From IMG/VR virus record IMGVR_UViG_3300020578_000006, positions 62,001 to 126,000 of that record: 64,000 nucleotides of DNA; one strand, 5' to 3'. Below the pieces are notes generated by a model. The model ran no database searches, was not told the DNA's origin, and saw only the letters and a program-made list of their open reading frames with translations. The position numbers and the translations under genes are program-made. Below, in pieces: positions 55,101 through 64,000 of this stretch (position 1 is the stretch's first letter; every line of letters starts with the position of its first letter).

Positions 55101-57006
55101 CTCTATCGTAATTAAGAGAATCAATTATAACATAATTTTTTGTTTCTAAGACAAATGTATCATAATACATGTTAAAGTATAAAGCTTGAGAAGACATTTC
55201 CTCTCTTACATTCTGAGGATATCTTAAGAATATTGCGCTTAACGCTGCACTTGCAGGTAGTATTGTGGTGTCAACACCTCTAAAATAAAATAATCCTGGT
55301 GTTGTATATTTTCTATCATACAAGCTTTTTATTGGGTAGTTATCAGAAGAAAGATAGACAGTGTTAGATTGAGGGAATATACCCCCATCATCTAAATTAA
55401 TAGCAGAAACAGATTTTAAAGGTATGATTTTTTTAAGAATTCCGTATTCATTACCAAAAACATCGCTTCCCCAATAAACAGGTGTTAAATCATTTACTAG
55501 AAGAGATTGCTGTCTATCTGTATAGGAAAGTTCATCTACACTATCTAAACCTAACCACAAGTCATTGTTTTGCCAGATATCTTGTTTTTCCCCGCCCCAA
55601 AATTGTATGTTATCGGTTTCACGAGAAAAACCAGCATTCTGTCTCTGTAAGTCCTGGTCTTGACTTTGATAGCCATAATAAAGTTGATTATAATTGTTAG
55701 ACAAAACATCGCCAAAACTAAATTGATTAGATCTTGATTTTTTATTCCACTCTACATCTAACTTATACACTAAAGGTACTAGTTCCCCGTTAGTATTGCT
55801 GTTGTATGACACATTACCTACAATATTAGGATCAGGAAATGCATATACAGTGTTTGGCTTTAGCTTAGATGTATCTATTTCATATTTCTTAACAGGGGTA
55901 TTGTGTACTAATAACCCTATATTGTGTGGTAAGAAGAATCTACCTAGTTGATATTCTGTATATAATTCTTCTAAATTAGGCACAGTAACAGTAGTGGGGT
56001 ATTGTTTGTTTAAAAAGTTTAGTGTGGGAGAACTGTAGGTATTATTGACACTAAACAACAACCCGCTAACAATTTGTGTAGAAGATGTGCCTGTACTTAA
56101 ATAGTAAAAATCAGTACCAGTAAATTTAGGTGCTAATATTTTTAGTAAATTTAATTTTAACTCAGATTCTCCACCACTTAAGTAAGAGATAAAATCTCGA
56201 GTTTTTAAATATTCTAATTCTGTACCTGACAAATTTTTATTGATAGTAAAATTATTAGTACCTAAAGATTCAATAAACAAAGGGTATTGACGTATTGCAT
56301 CAATAATAGCTTGCTTAAAGTCTATAAAAGCATTTAAATTAATATCGTTTAAATTAGATGAACTTAGCTCTTTTCTTATTGTGCTAAAATCGTTGTAATT
56401 AGCACTTAAAGGGTTATTGTTAAAATAAGTGTCTGTTTGATCATAAAGTTCCTCAACGTAAACACTAAGCCCTTGTGCAATAGCTGAAAGAGGTGGAAAC
56501 CTGACAGAAAATTCTGTAAAATCTATTTGATTTGTCCTAGCAGCATCAAATATTAGCTTTTTAACTAAATTATCAACTCCAAGGTTACTACCTCTTAAAT
56601 TGTGCTGTAAGGCGGCTGTTTTTACTTCTTCTCTAGCGCTGGCATAAAATAAGCAAATTCCTTTGAGTTTATTAATAAAAAACGGTAAAATAATATCTAA
56701 ATCATTTGGGTCCGTAAAATCTGCATTAGATATAAATCTTCTTTCTTCTTCTGTACTGTAATTTACAACTATTTCCCTTAATACCTGAATATAGGAGTCT
56801 CTAAGAATATTACTAGTATCATCTTTAGATTTCTTTTTATATTGTCCCCAAGCAAGTACATAATTTTTATAATCAGAAAATGTATCGCTTATATTAGAAG
56901 AAACTAGATTCTGTTGCTTGTACCATTCTAAAAAAGTTATAGGGGCATAAAAATCTATCGGGTCAGAATAATTTTCTAAAATACTGTAGGGGAAACTATA
57001 ATTCAT
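52168..57006 (-). CDS. Very large baseplate-region protein with C-terminal InlB-B-like (Flg_new_2-type) repeats
   Basis: Repeats G.G.V......C...C...(F/Y)..NT.(L/I)......F..W.GG.C....C...I....V.A.F. Confidence 0.6.
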   Translation of the reverse strand: MNYSFPYSILENYSDPIDFYAPITFLEWYKQQNLVSSNISDTFSDYKNYVLAWGQYKKKSKDDTSNILRDSYIQVLREIVVNYSTEEERRFISNADFTDPNDLDIILPFFINKLKGICLFYASAREEVKTAALQHNLRGSNLGVDNLVKKLIFDAARTNQIDFTEFSVRFPPLSAIAQGLSVYVEELYDQTDTYFNNNPLSANYNDFSTIRKELSSSNLNDINLNAFIDFKQAIIDAIRQYPLFIESLGTNNFTINKNLSGTELEYLKTRDFISYLSGGESELKLNLLKILAPKFTGTDFYYLSTGTSSTQIVSGLLFSVNNTYSSPTLNFLNKQYPTTVTVPNLEELYTEYQLGRFFLPHNIGLLVHNTPVKKYEIDTSKLKPNTVYAFPDPNIVGNVSYNSNTNGELVPLVYKLDVEWNKKSRSNQFSFGDVLSNNYNQLYYGYQSQDQDLQRQNAGFSRETDNIQFWGGEKQDIWQNNDLWLGLDSVDELSYTDRQQSLLVNDLTPVYWGSDVFGNEYGILKKIIPLKSVSAINLDDGGIFPQSNTVYLSSDNYPIKSLYDRKYTTPGLFYFRGVDTTILPASAALSAIFLRYPQNVREEMSSQALYFNMYYDTFVLETKNYVIIDSLNYDRDSGKITINNTSSFYFTKIFTNENIEKFAGEWYSERENALYLAFINLLPYLSGSNYKVVYPSIFKTSLTNIKLEPIYPVSLKGGVFSVNSYSLSAGFAEPPQINLTKIEGVSFNKSEKKALFNISYLGKNLNGMPLFVNEQLKEGDWDIYLQTFNPRMFRPYYFIYDNNYSNPTMPFLVKYAGSVGGTIGGQFLKEGVIDMGFESDPDELTFLYADGILPVQLNKPGTYLVQFDWESYLETTIFIGCSGYVVRKTGNNLIFKYGHPDAVFFDFYGEENNTIVGFSSVYNTLTSVSSVSLEPSNVAIDICSLTSTNIFTLISASNIDTTEFTIDASDYDSLVLTIVDRLTVNDVASGLGSLYFKINSITPVNSGLNTLSIYPSTNVFDSDTVDRAISANIVLFAPYSKLKTPVYCTIARPTYPDASILKFTLSTSLSNNDSIKFCETPDRIYKDLYITQTGSGSGVVFTDPYCLDCGTICFQQFPYNTTLAVIASSNVDSEFVNWIGGECDQSPFPDCLFTILDNQSLTAVFSKIPFYSVTVDSVGYLEYPNNWTPMGRLYSTDGNIDCPLSACAASYKKNTVITLSCLNPISGWFFTGWKGGQCEGIFDNNTCSFLIERDATVSATYTRYYDHILTVNSVATASQLVDYGYVYSTTPFGTRSIECSGNTSSGNPGTCIDTFSGLSLTNGYSANYGTPIALSAKTSRGYQFKKWIYEPEYEYNYITTDKDYLFINNIATNVAVSAIFDTGFYTLTIVYSGDGIGKVFNNDVGVASIAQDVNFPTKFDILSGTSFILYVSASPGNTVMALSSRDSSSGFKVSAMPIRMDDHITVIVNLSAFEIYTLTIERFGTMCGSITSRPSRINCANTGPNCSDLFVAGTNVYIVPPTSPSTCLLSTFEVGSGVDVTFFYRAGPGIRFTGTNLSEHSLGQTFSISDASLILDPTGAPYTNGPTVKVSNGEILVPMAGNRTVSAYFYSG

Positions 57007-60000
57007 TTTATTAGATCTAACCCTTCATAGAGTGAACGACTTATAACCCTTTCCATTATACCGCCGAACTTGGTCCACTCGTTGTAACTACTAACCTTAG
57101 GGGCTATAGTTGTTTGTGGGTTATTAAAGTCTATAATACCGTCAACCATTTCGACTTTCTTGTTAGGAATAAACGAGTAAAACGCATAATATGGTTTAAT
57201 ATCTATACCAGACTCAGCGATATTGCCAGTAACCAAATTCCATCCCCAATTATAATTTACACCACTAAGCGGATAAGGGCTACCAAACTTAGGTACTATA
57301 TTATCTGTGGTAGGGACTACTGTATTCTCAATCACTCTAAAACTGTTATTAAAAATATCATACGCTATAATGGGTTCACCTACAATAAAACTACCTGTAC
57401 TAATGTCTATATTGCTACCTAAATTAGTATCTGTTGAAAAATCGCATGCACTTAATACGAATGTTTCCTGCTTGTGTGCTCTAGTTCCATAAAGTTTAGA
57501 ATGATTAATACTTAATATATCGACTGCTCTCATTAATTTTGAAGGGTAGCCCGTAGTAAAATCATAAAAGGGCAATCCTTTTGAAACAGTCAAACTCTTC
57601 AGCGAAGGTATATTGCAAGTATCTGGATCAGAAACATTTGAGGAGAAATTAGCTATTTTTTCGTAAATTGTTTTGCCTAACGATTCGGGAGGGCTGTCTA
57701 TACCCCCAACAATTTGACCTACAAAATCATCCCATAACAAGGACTTATCAAATAAAGATTCTTGTAAAACATAACTTTTTAATGTTGATTTTAAATCAAA
57801 ATTTTCATTTTGCTTATTAATAATTGGGGTTAAATTGTAAATGTCAAACAGGTTACTTTTACCTCTTATTATTCTTGGTAGAGGATTGATTGTTGTTGCA
57901 TACTTATTGAGCCACCTTATTCCTGTCCAGTCACCAAAGACGCTGTAAAAGGCCTGCTGCCCATCTGGGGCCGATAATTGAATATCAGGTAAGCTGGTAT
58001 AAAAAAGACTTGATAGAGGTATTTGTGCTGTATTTGTAGTAGGATAAAAATAAATCCTACCATCAAAATTATGTAAAACCCACATGTAACCTTCGGTGTC
58101 TAACCCAATACCATCTATTCCTTGGTAGTATCGAGAATCGTAATTGCTATTGCCCACAAACAATTCACTAACTATTCCTTGTGGTGTTATTTTTGATACT
58201 TTACAAAAATCATGATGTGCCCATAAATTTTGCTCTAGATCTATTGAAATGTTACCTAAAAAGTTGAAGTACCGAGGATACCCAGATAGTAGTTCACCAC
58301 TACTATTCCATTTGTACAGGACATCATTTATTCTAAAAGGGTCAGAATAATTCTCTGTTAAATTTTTAGCAAATGCTATAATATTATTATTTCTATCAAC
58401 AAATAGCTCTTGTAAGGAATAAAGTTGTGGAATTTCTATAAAAAGATCTATTGCTCCTAAATCGTTGTATCTAGCTATAAAACCACTAACAGGGTGACTG
58501 TAACCAACCACTATTTTACTATCTAAATCAGTATCTATACAAGAAGGTAGCAAGAGACTCTCACCCATATATCCGCTTAGAAAATCCTTGTTAGAGATAT
58601 ATTGTGCGGGGTCGGTAAAAGCTACATTTAAATCCCTAAACTTAGGTGCAGCAACTCTATCAACTAAGTTTAATCTAGGATTGTATCTAATAACCGAAAC
58701 AGCATCATAGAGTGATATCCATGCATTGCCTTGTCTGTCTATTGCTATATTGGACGGGCTCGCGCTGTCCAACTCTCCCAGGTAATCCGCAACAGTAGGG
58801 GCTGTAAATTCACCTGTATAGGTTGGTACAGCTGAAAGTTTAATTGTAGTCATTAGTGTGCCTGAAAGAGTATATACAAAAACTCTATCTTCATCTGCAT
58901 CAGCTACCCACACTCTGTCAATTTCACCCATGCTGTATGTTTTTAATGGTGCAATACTAATGGCTATTGTAGAGCTTGTAGGTGTGCTGTAGGTTTCATA
59001 GTTACCTGTTAAGGAAAAATCTGTTATACCAGAACAATTATTATAAATTGGTTCTTTTTGAAATCTTCTGACTTTTTTGAACCCACGTTGTCCAGCAAAC
59101 CCATAAGGTGTTCCTTGGCTTATAAGAGGATTATCTTTAATAAGTACAGACGCACACAATACCACTGTAGTTGTTTCTGATTCGTGTTTTAAAATCCCTG
59201 AGTAGTAAGATCCACTATTTTCAAAGCTTGGTACTTTGTTATTGATAGTAAATTGGACGCTTGTAACCCTAAAAGTGCTAGTTTCTGTAAAAACGGACAC
59301 CGGGTCTTGACCCGCATACTTAAATAGTCCAATACTCATTGTATTAATTTCTGTGGGATCAGAGCCATCAAATTTTACCGCAGTTATTGGGGGGTAGCAT
59401 TTAGTTGTAAAATTATCTTTATCTTTAAAGGTAACTACAAACGGTATTTGGGTATTACACCATTTAACAGGGTATATGCTAAAGGAATGAAGAAGTTCAC
59501 CAGAGACTGGTCCTACTGTTTGCGGCCTACCTTCAACTGTAATACCATTACTTGTAATAGCAAGAGTCTCAGCTGGATTAAATACGGTTTTTAAATAGGA
59601 TGCTTGTGTAGGAAAATTAATATAACCGTAAGGAATTTTTTCTATATCAAAATTTCTTTCTATATTTTGTTTATCTAGTTCTAAAAATCCTCTTGTATCG
59701 AAATTAGCGTATAGAAATACTAGTTTGTCGCTTCCTGTATTAAATTTTTGATCTGTAAAAACTACATTTAACCCTTCAGTAGAGCCAGTAGTACCTGCAA
59801 ACGCAGTTCCAGTTTTAGGAAAATTATAAAATAATAGCTTATCGCCAGCTGGTGCTCTTTCTGCATAAACACTTACACTAGTAGTTGCCGTACTATCTAT
59901 AATTTTAAAAGTTTCTACTTTATCTGGTGTTGTATACTTTTGTAAAAATCCAAAATAGCTTTTAAGATGGCTCCATTTGCTGGTATAATAAGAAGAGAGG

Positions 60001-60530
60001 GACATAAAGCTACTCCTACTACCACTAGCATATAACATTATACTGTAGTTGTTTTTTAGGAGATAGGGGTCATTTTGCCATGAATTGTATCTGTAGATTT
60101 TTAAAGGCTCTGTACACTTTCCTGCTGGTAGAGTATATATACCTAGACTACCAGCAGGTATAAACGGCTCAAAAACTATTTTATCGGGAAGAGCGTTTAT
60201 TACAGTTACTGTTGCAGGCGTTGTAGCTGTTGTCGGAGTTGTTGCTGTTGATACAGTGTTAGGCTCCCCATCTAAATCATAAAAGGTAGCTTTAATATTG
60301 TAAGACCCGGGGGTCTTGTAAAAGTGACTCGCTGTTAACCCTATTTTAAAAGTACCATCACCAAAATCCCAGTAAGTCATATTGTCTATTAACTGCGCCC
60401 TTGTATCTGTCGACATAACAGGCGTAATGTAGAAAGGGGTATTTTCTAAAGTATAGCTAAATAGGTTGGGTAGAGCTGTAGGTAGCTCGCTTGTGGTTAT
60501 TTTTAACTGTATAGCCGACAGCGGCAACAT
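57003..60530 (-). CDS. Baseplate wedge-associated protein (gp7-like position) with PKD and propeller domains
   Basis: WDFGDG...SHFYKTPGSY; VWVAD, IAIDRQGNAW; directly downstream of gp6. Confidence 0.55.
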   Translation of the reverse strand: MLPLSAIQLKITTSELPTALPNLFSYTLENTPFYITPVMSTDTRAQLIDNMTYWDFGDGTFKIGLTASHFYKTPGSYNIKATFYDLDGEPNTVSTATTPTTATTPATVTVINALPDKIVFEPFIPAGSLGIYTLPAGKCTEPLKIYRYNSWQNDPYLLKNNYSIMLYASGSRSSFMSLSSYYTSKWSHLKSYFGFLQKYTTPDKVETFKIIDSTATTSVSVYAERAPAGDKLLFYNFPKTGTAFAGTTGSTEGLNVVFTDQKFNTGSDKLVFLYANFDTRGFLELDKQNIERNFDIEKIPYGYINFPTQASYLKTVFNPAETLAITSNGITVEGRPQTVGPVSGELLHSFSIYPVKWCNTQIPFVVTFKDKDNFTTKCYPPITAVKFDGSDPTEINTMSIGLFKYAGQDPVSVFTETSTFRVTSVQFTINNKVPSFENSGSYYSGILKHESETTTVVLCASVLIKDNPLISQGTPYGFAGQRGFKKVRRFQKEPIYNNCSGITDFSLTGNYETYSTPTSSTIAISIAPLKTYSMGEIDRVWVADADEDRVFVYTLSGTLMTTIKLSAVPTYTGEFTAPTVADYLGELDSASPSNIAIDRQGNAWISLYDAVSVIRYNPRLNLVDRVAAPKFRDLNVAFTDPAQYISNKDFLSGYMGESLLLPSCIDTDLDSKIVVGYSHPVSGFIARYNDLGAIDLFIEIPQLYSLQELFVDRNNNIIAFAKNLTENYSDPFRINDVLYKWNSSGELLSGYPRYFNFLGNISIDLEQNLWAHHDFCKVSKITPQGIVSELFVGNSNYDSRYYQGIDGIGLDTEGYMWVLHNFDGRIYFYPTTNTAQIPLSSLFYTSLPDIQLSAPDGQQAFYSVFGDWTGIRWLNKYATTINPLPRIIRGKSNLFDIYNLTPIINKQNENFDLKSTLKSYVLQESLFDKSLLWDDFVGQIVGGIDSPPESLGKTIYEKIANFSSNVSDPDTCNIPSLKSLTVSKGLPFYDFTTGYPSKLMRAVDILSINHSKLYGTRAHKQETFVLSACDFSTDTNLGSNIDISTGSFIVGEPIIAYDIFNNSFRVIENTVVPTTDNIVPKFGSPYPLSGVNYNWGWNLVTGNIAESGIDIKPYYAFYSFIPNKKVEMVDGIIDFNNPQTTIAPKVSSYNEWTKFGGIMERVISRSLYEGLDLIK

Positions 60531-60531
60531 T

Positions 60532-62403
60532 TTAATACTCCCTTAGAGTGCTGCTCTGGGTTTCTGGTGTTACTAGTTCTATTTGTGATATAAAATTATC
60601 CACATTGTATAGGTAGGGTAGTTTAAAATATGGTAAGGGTAAACTTTGTGTAATAATTTGAATATCTTCTTTACCACCGCTATAAACGGGATTAAAGACC
60701 AAAAAGCTCAAGCCATTTCTCACTGTTTCTACGCCATCAATAATACGTTTGCATGCTATAGATACTACACCATCGATTTCTAAAATTTTTGTTGTAAGAG
60801 AATCTAAATTTACAAGCTGTCCTAATACGGTGTTACCTGGGGCAAAATATTCTGATATTAAATTATTAACTTGTCTCTTTATTTCGGCCTCACTAAATCT
60901 AGAAGATGGAGATCTTGAGACTACTAAGACAGAATCCTTGATGATGTCAGGTGTAAGTAGGGAGTTGTTTATTTCCGCGTTAGATGCAACCCCTATACCA
61001 AATGCTGTATAAACAGGGTCCATCATAACAATTTCAGATGTTGCCATTTTGGTTTCCTGTAAACCGCGGGCAATATAATCTTTTAAACCTATAGATAGAA
61101 AATTGTTAAACGTTTGAGCGCTATTTATTTTTTTAATTTTAGGGACAACATACACGTAGATATTATTAAAATCACAGCTGTCCGAGAATGTCACTTGATT
61201 TAACAGTACTCTACTATCGTTAGAAGGTGCTTTAAGACCTATATTGTAGTAATATCTCATGTGCTCTGCAATATAATCCCAATTGTTAACAACCTTAACG
61301 TTATCAATTAAATTGCTGAAGTTGCTCTTTATAAACGTTTCGAAATCGGATGTTGTTATTAATCTGTATTGCGTTTTAAAGGTATTAGGTGCGTTTTGCC
61401 TGATATCTTCAGCTGTTTCTATAGGTGAATAATCTGTAGAGGCATCGGTATTAGAAAATATTAATGAGGCTGCTTGATCATTAGATGTGTATGTCTGATT
61501 AATACTCTTAACGTTGTTAAATATAGACTGAAATAGAGGAGTATTATAAAGAAATAAGGTGTTACCGTCTAGCATACCTGGGCCTACTTCCCCACCATTA
61601 CCAGCTGGCCTTAAATAATAAACCGCAACAACATTGCTTGGCATTAGCTGTTTACCGCTTACATTGTTACCGAATTTTAATTCATAACGCTGCTTTTCAT
61701 TTAATCTGCATTCAAATGCTTTGCTTGATGGTCCTTCTAGATATAAACTATCCACTCTTTTCCACTCTACCCATCTTCCTGTTTCATCAAAAACATAAAC
61801 AAATATGTTTCGATGGTCAATTAAAATGTTTTCATCATTTTCACCTATAAGCGCTAGAGAAAACGATTCAAAGGGCGAACCGGTTGCAGTATAGAGAGGG
61901 TATTCTAGAAACTGACCTTGATATAATAATGTAGATTGGGCAAGCTGGGTTAACTCTTCAACACCTTCAAAAGATTTGATAAAGGTAGTATCATTTGCAA
62001 AGCTGTAATATACTCCGTTTACCGTAAAATAAGAATATCTTGGTATAGTATAAATTCCTACTGGAAGCGAAGACGGGGCCGATGCTTTAAAGCTTAATAT
62101 ACTAGACTGTGCACCTACCGGGTTATAGTTTAATGCCTTAACAATCTTGTTCATATTTTCATATAACTGAGATTGAGAGAACTGACTCTCACTACCTGTC
62201 TTGTTCAAGTAAAATAATAAAACGTGATAACTGTAGGCTATAATATCTAGCAAACTATTAAAATTACTTCCTTCAAAAATTTGATCAGTAAACACCCCGC
62301 CTTGAGAAAGACGGGATTGCATTAATGTTTTTAAAGATGTAGCATCGAATGCTGCATACGCATTAAACGGCAAGTTAAACTGATTGCTAGTCGTATTGTT
62401 CAT
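60532..62403 (-). CDS. gp6: Baseplate wedge subunit (T4 gp6-like)
   Basis: FDATSLK, FTDQIFEGSN..LLDIIAY, YELKFGNNVSGK, ETAEDIRQNAP, RLITTSDF. Confidence 0.9.
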   Translation of the reverse strand: MNNTTSNQFNLPFNAYAAFDATSLKTLMQSRLSQGGVFTDQIFEGSNFNSLLDIIAYSYHVLLFYLNKTGSESQFSQSQLYENMNKIVKALNYNPVGAQSSILSFKASAPSSLPVGIYTIPRYSYFTVNGVYYSFANDTTFIKSFEGVEELTQLAQSTLLYQGQFLEYPLYTATGSPFESFSLALIGENDENILIDHRNIFVYVFDETGRWVEWKRVDSLYLEGPSSKAFECRLNEKQRYELKFGNNVSGKQLMPSNVVAVYYLRPAGNGGEVGPGMLDGNTLFLYNTPLFQSIFNNVKSINQTYTSNDQAASLIFSNTDASTDYSPIETAEDIRQNAPNTFKTQYRLITTSDFETFIKSNFSNLIDNVKVVNNWDYIAEHMRYYYNIGLKAPSNDSRVLLNQVTFSDSCDFNNIYVYVVPKIKKINSAQTFNNFLSIGLKDYIARGLQETKMATSEIVMMDPVYTAFGIGVASNAEINNSLLTPDIIKDSVLVVSRSPSSRFSEAEIKRQVNNLISEYFAPGNTVLGQLVNLDSLTTKILEIDGVVSIACKRIIDGVETVRNGLSFLVFNPVYSGGKEDIQIITQSLPLPYFKLPYLYNVDNFISQIELVTPETQSSTLREY

Positions 62404-62870
62404 TAGTTAAAGTAGTATCCTGACTCAGATAAAACACCCTTTAAGGATACTCCTGTAATATTTAACGTCGGAACATTAATTATCATTATAATATTGTATT
62501 GATTATTATCATTATCTAGCTGTATGTTAAGCTTTTGTAGTTGTATTCTAGGTTCAAATTTTTGTATTCCTTTAAGAATAGCCTCTCCTATAATTTGGCC
62601 TTGTGTCTCTGAAACAGGTGTGAATAGATATTGTGTTAAATTTAAGCCATATAAAGGTGTAAGAATTTTTTGGCCAGGCATTGTTGTAAATAGATTAAAG
62701 AGACTATTCTTTACCGCGCCTATATCTTCTGAAATTTGAATATCTTTTATCTCTCTGCGCTTTAAGAGTTGAGTATTCTTTGTGTAAGCGACTTTAAGAT
62801 CTAATAGTAAATCCTTGTAAATAGGTGAAGATAATGGTGCGGAAATAGTATTTAAAACTATGGCTGCCAT
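62403..62870 (-). CDS. gp25: Baseplate wedge subunit (T4 gp25-like)
   Basis: Start reassigned to ATG 62870; AVKNSLFNLFTT.PGQKIL.P.YG, IQKFEPRI. Confidence 0.88.
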   Translation of the reverse strand: MAAIVLNTISAPLSSPIYKDLLLDLKVAYTKNTQLLKRREIKDIQISEDIGAVKNSLFNLFTTMPGQKILTPLYGLNLTQYLFTPVSETQGQIIGEAILKGIQKFEPRIQLQKLNIQLDNDNNQYNIIMIINVPTLNITGVSLKGVLSESGYYFN

Positions 62871-62875
62871 AGTAT

Positions 62876-62883
62876 TATTTATA
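62876..62883 (-). promoter_or_regulatory. Late promoter TATAAATA (gp25-gp6 operon)
   Basis: 5 nt before ATG 62870. Confidence 0.7.
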
Positions 62884-62907
62884 CGGGGATATTTGTTCCT
62901 TGAAACA

Positions 62908-62913
62908 TAAATA
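62908..62913 (+). promoter_or_regulatory. Late promoter core TAAATA
   Basis: 5 nt before ATG 62919; divergent from the gp25 promoter. Confidence 0.65.
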
Positions 62914-62918
62914 TAGAT

Positions 62919-63521
62919 ATGAATAAATTTACCGCTATCTACGAGTCTGCCATTCAACGCTACACTCGAGGTGGTTTTTTGACAGGAGATTTGGTAAAAT
63001 TTACAGAAAATGCATTTCGTGATGATTTCTTTAAAAAACAAGCGCCTAACTACATTCAAAAGGCTAAATCATTTAGCGAAAGCGGTTTAAACATAAGAGT
63101 TAGTGCTATAAAAGCAATAAGACCTACTATGCATTCTGGAAACATACAGAATGAAGCGGAATCATTTTTGGTGGATATAGTACAAGAGGTTGCACCTGGT
63201 TTATACAGAGAATTCATAACAGTACCTGCCCACGTTCTACAGCCTATCGATACCGGTATTAATCTAGCCCCAGTTCCAGATAGTCTAAAAAGACCCAATG
63301 ATACTTCTATCACACCTCACCCTGTTAGCTTGAAAGATGAAAACGAACTAATGCTTTCCCCTCACCGTCAAACACAAACAAGTGATATGGGCAACCACAA
63401 GGACTCAGAAGGTGATCGTAAGCTTAATAATGTAAATGTAAAAATACCTAGTTCACCGGCTAAAGGTGAGAACAGCCCAAGTGTAGAGAGCGGCACCCAC
63501 AGGTATCTTCCTAAGCGTTAA
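62919..63521 (+). CDS. Hypothetical late protein
   Basis: TAAATA 5 nt before ATG; N-terminus MNKFTAIYE. Confidence 0.7.
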   Translation: MNKFTAIYESAIQRYTRGGFLTGDLVKFTENAFRDDFFKKQAPNYIQKAKSFSESGLNIRVSAIKAIRPTMHSGNIQNEAESFLVDIVQEVAPGLYREFITVPAHVLQPIDTGINLAPVPDSLKRPNDTSITPHPVSLKDENELMLSPHRQTQTSDMGNHKDSEGDRKLNNVNVKIPSSPAKGENSPSVESGTHRYLPKR

Positions 63522-64000
63522 TTTCAGTTAACGCCAATACAAGACAATAAAAATTAATTTCTTGATCAACAACAAACGCGGATCTATACATATATTCCCC
63601 AATAGTTATCAACCATAGTTTCTTTTGTTGTTCGGATAATGAATAGTTACCCTCACAAACATTATCAAATAACGACTTCATAAGTAGACTGTAATCCCCG
63701 TGAAACGTCTCCTCATTTTCTATAACATGTTTTCTTGCATTAAATACTTTTTTACTAACAATAAACGTTATTAGTTTTATAATAAAGTCGTCCTTTACAT
63801 CAAGGGACGGTATAGTTAATATCCCTATAGTACTAAATTTTTGCAATTCATTAATACACTTTCGTATATCTGGAAAATATTTTCTAATTAACCCAATTAA
63901 CTTAACTTTATTTTCTTCATCAACTTTAATATTCTCAGCCTTTAGAATAGTATAACAACGCTTTACAACCTCTTGTAAGTTAGGCTCTAAATCTATAAAC
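63511..64000 (-). CDS. gp44: Sliding clamp loader subunit (T4 gp44-like), 5' end outside window
   Basis: Frame open to window edge: ...KYFPDIRKCINELQ (sensor 2) ... YMYRSAFVVDQEIN. Confidence 0.88.
   Translation of the reverse strand, partial: FIDLEPNLQEVVKRCYTILKAENIKVDEENKVKLIGLIRKYFPDIRKCINELQKFSTIGILTIPSLDVKDDFIIKLITFIVSKKVFNARKHVIENEETFHGDYSLLMKSLFDNVCEGNYSLSEQQKKLWLITIGEYMYRSAFVVDQEINFYCLVLALTEINA

Noticed and set aside
62871-63059. N-terminal extension of gp25 in the ORF track
   Set aside because: Overlaps the divergent 62919 gene; TATAAATA places the start at ATG 62870
1-64000. tRNA/tmRNA genes, integrase, or stop-codon recoding
   Set aside because: No cloverleaf or CCA-ended elements recognised, no recombinase, and conserved genes are full-length in the standard code

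Overview
64 kb from a large, AT-rich T4-like (Tevenvirinae/Kyanoviridae-type architecture) myophage genome; both window ends cut genes. Hallmarks: major capsid gp23, scaffold gp22, prohead protease gp21, head completion gp4, neck gp13, baseplate gp5/gp6/gp25, clamp loader gp44 and class Ia ribonucleotide reductase nrdAB. The virion module is much expanded, with fibers built from 14-aa and Cys-rich 17-aa repeats and large baseplate-region proteins carrying PKD, propeller, lectin, FG-GAP and LamG domains. Best leads: (1) a six-gene operon at 16733-20957 (TGT/DpdA-fold protein, PurN-like formyltransferase, GMP reductase, Nmad1/MazG-like protein, P-loop nucleotide kinase, QueF) that reads as a 7-deazaguanine (formyl-preQ1-type) DNA modification pathway coupled to draining of the normal guanine nucleotide pool; (2) an unannotated, ORF-free, highly structured ~230 nt RNA at 33290-33521 (minus strand) with its own TATAAATA late promoter and terminator; (3) promoters of both classes sit so close to start codons that most transcripts should be leaderless. 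All functional calls come from motif recognition by eye; no database search was run.
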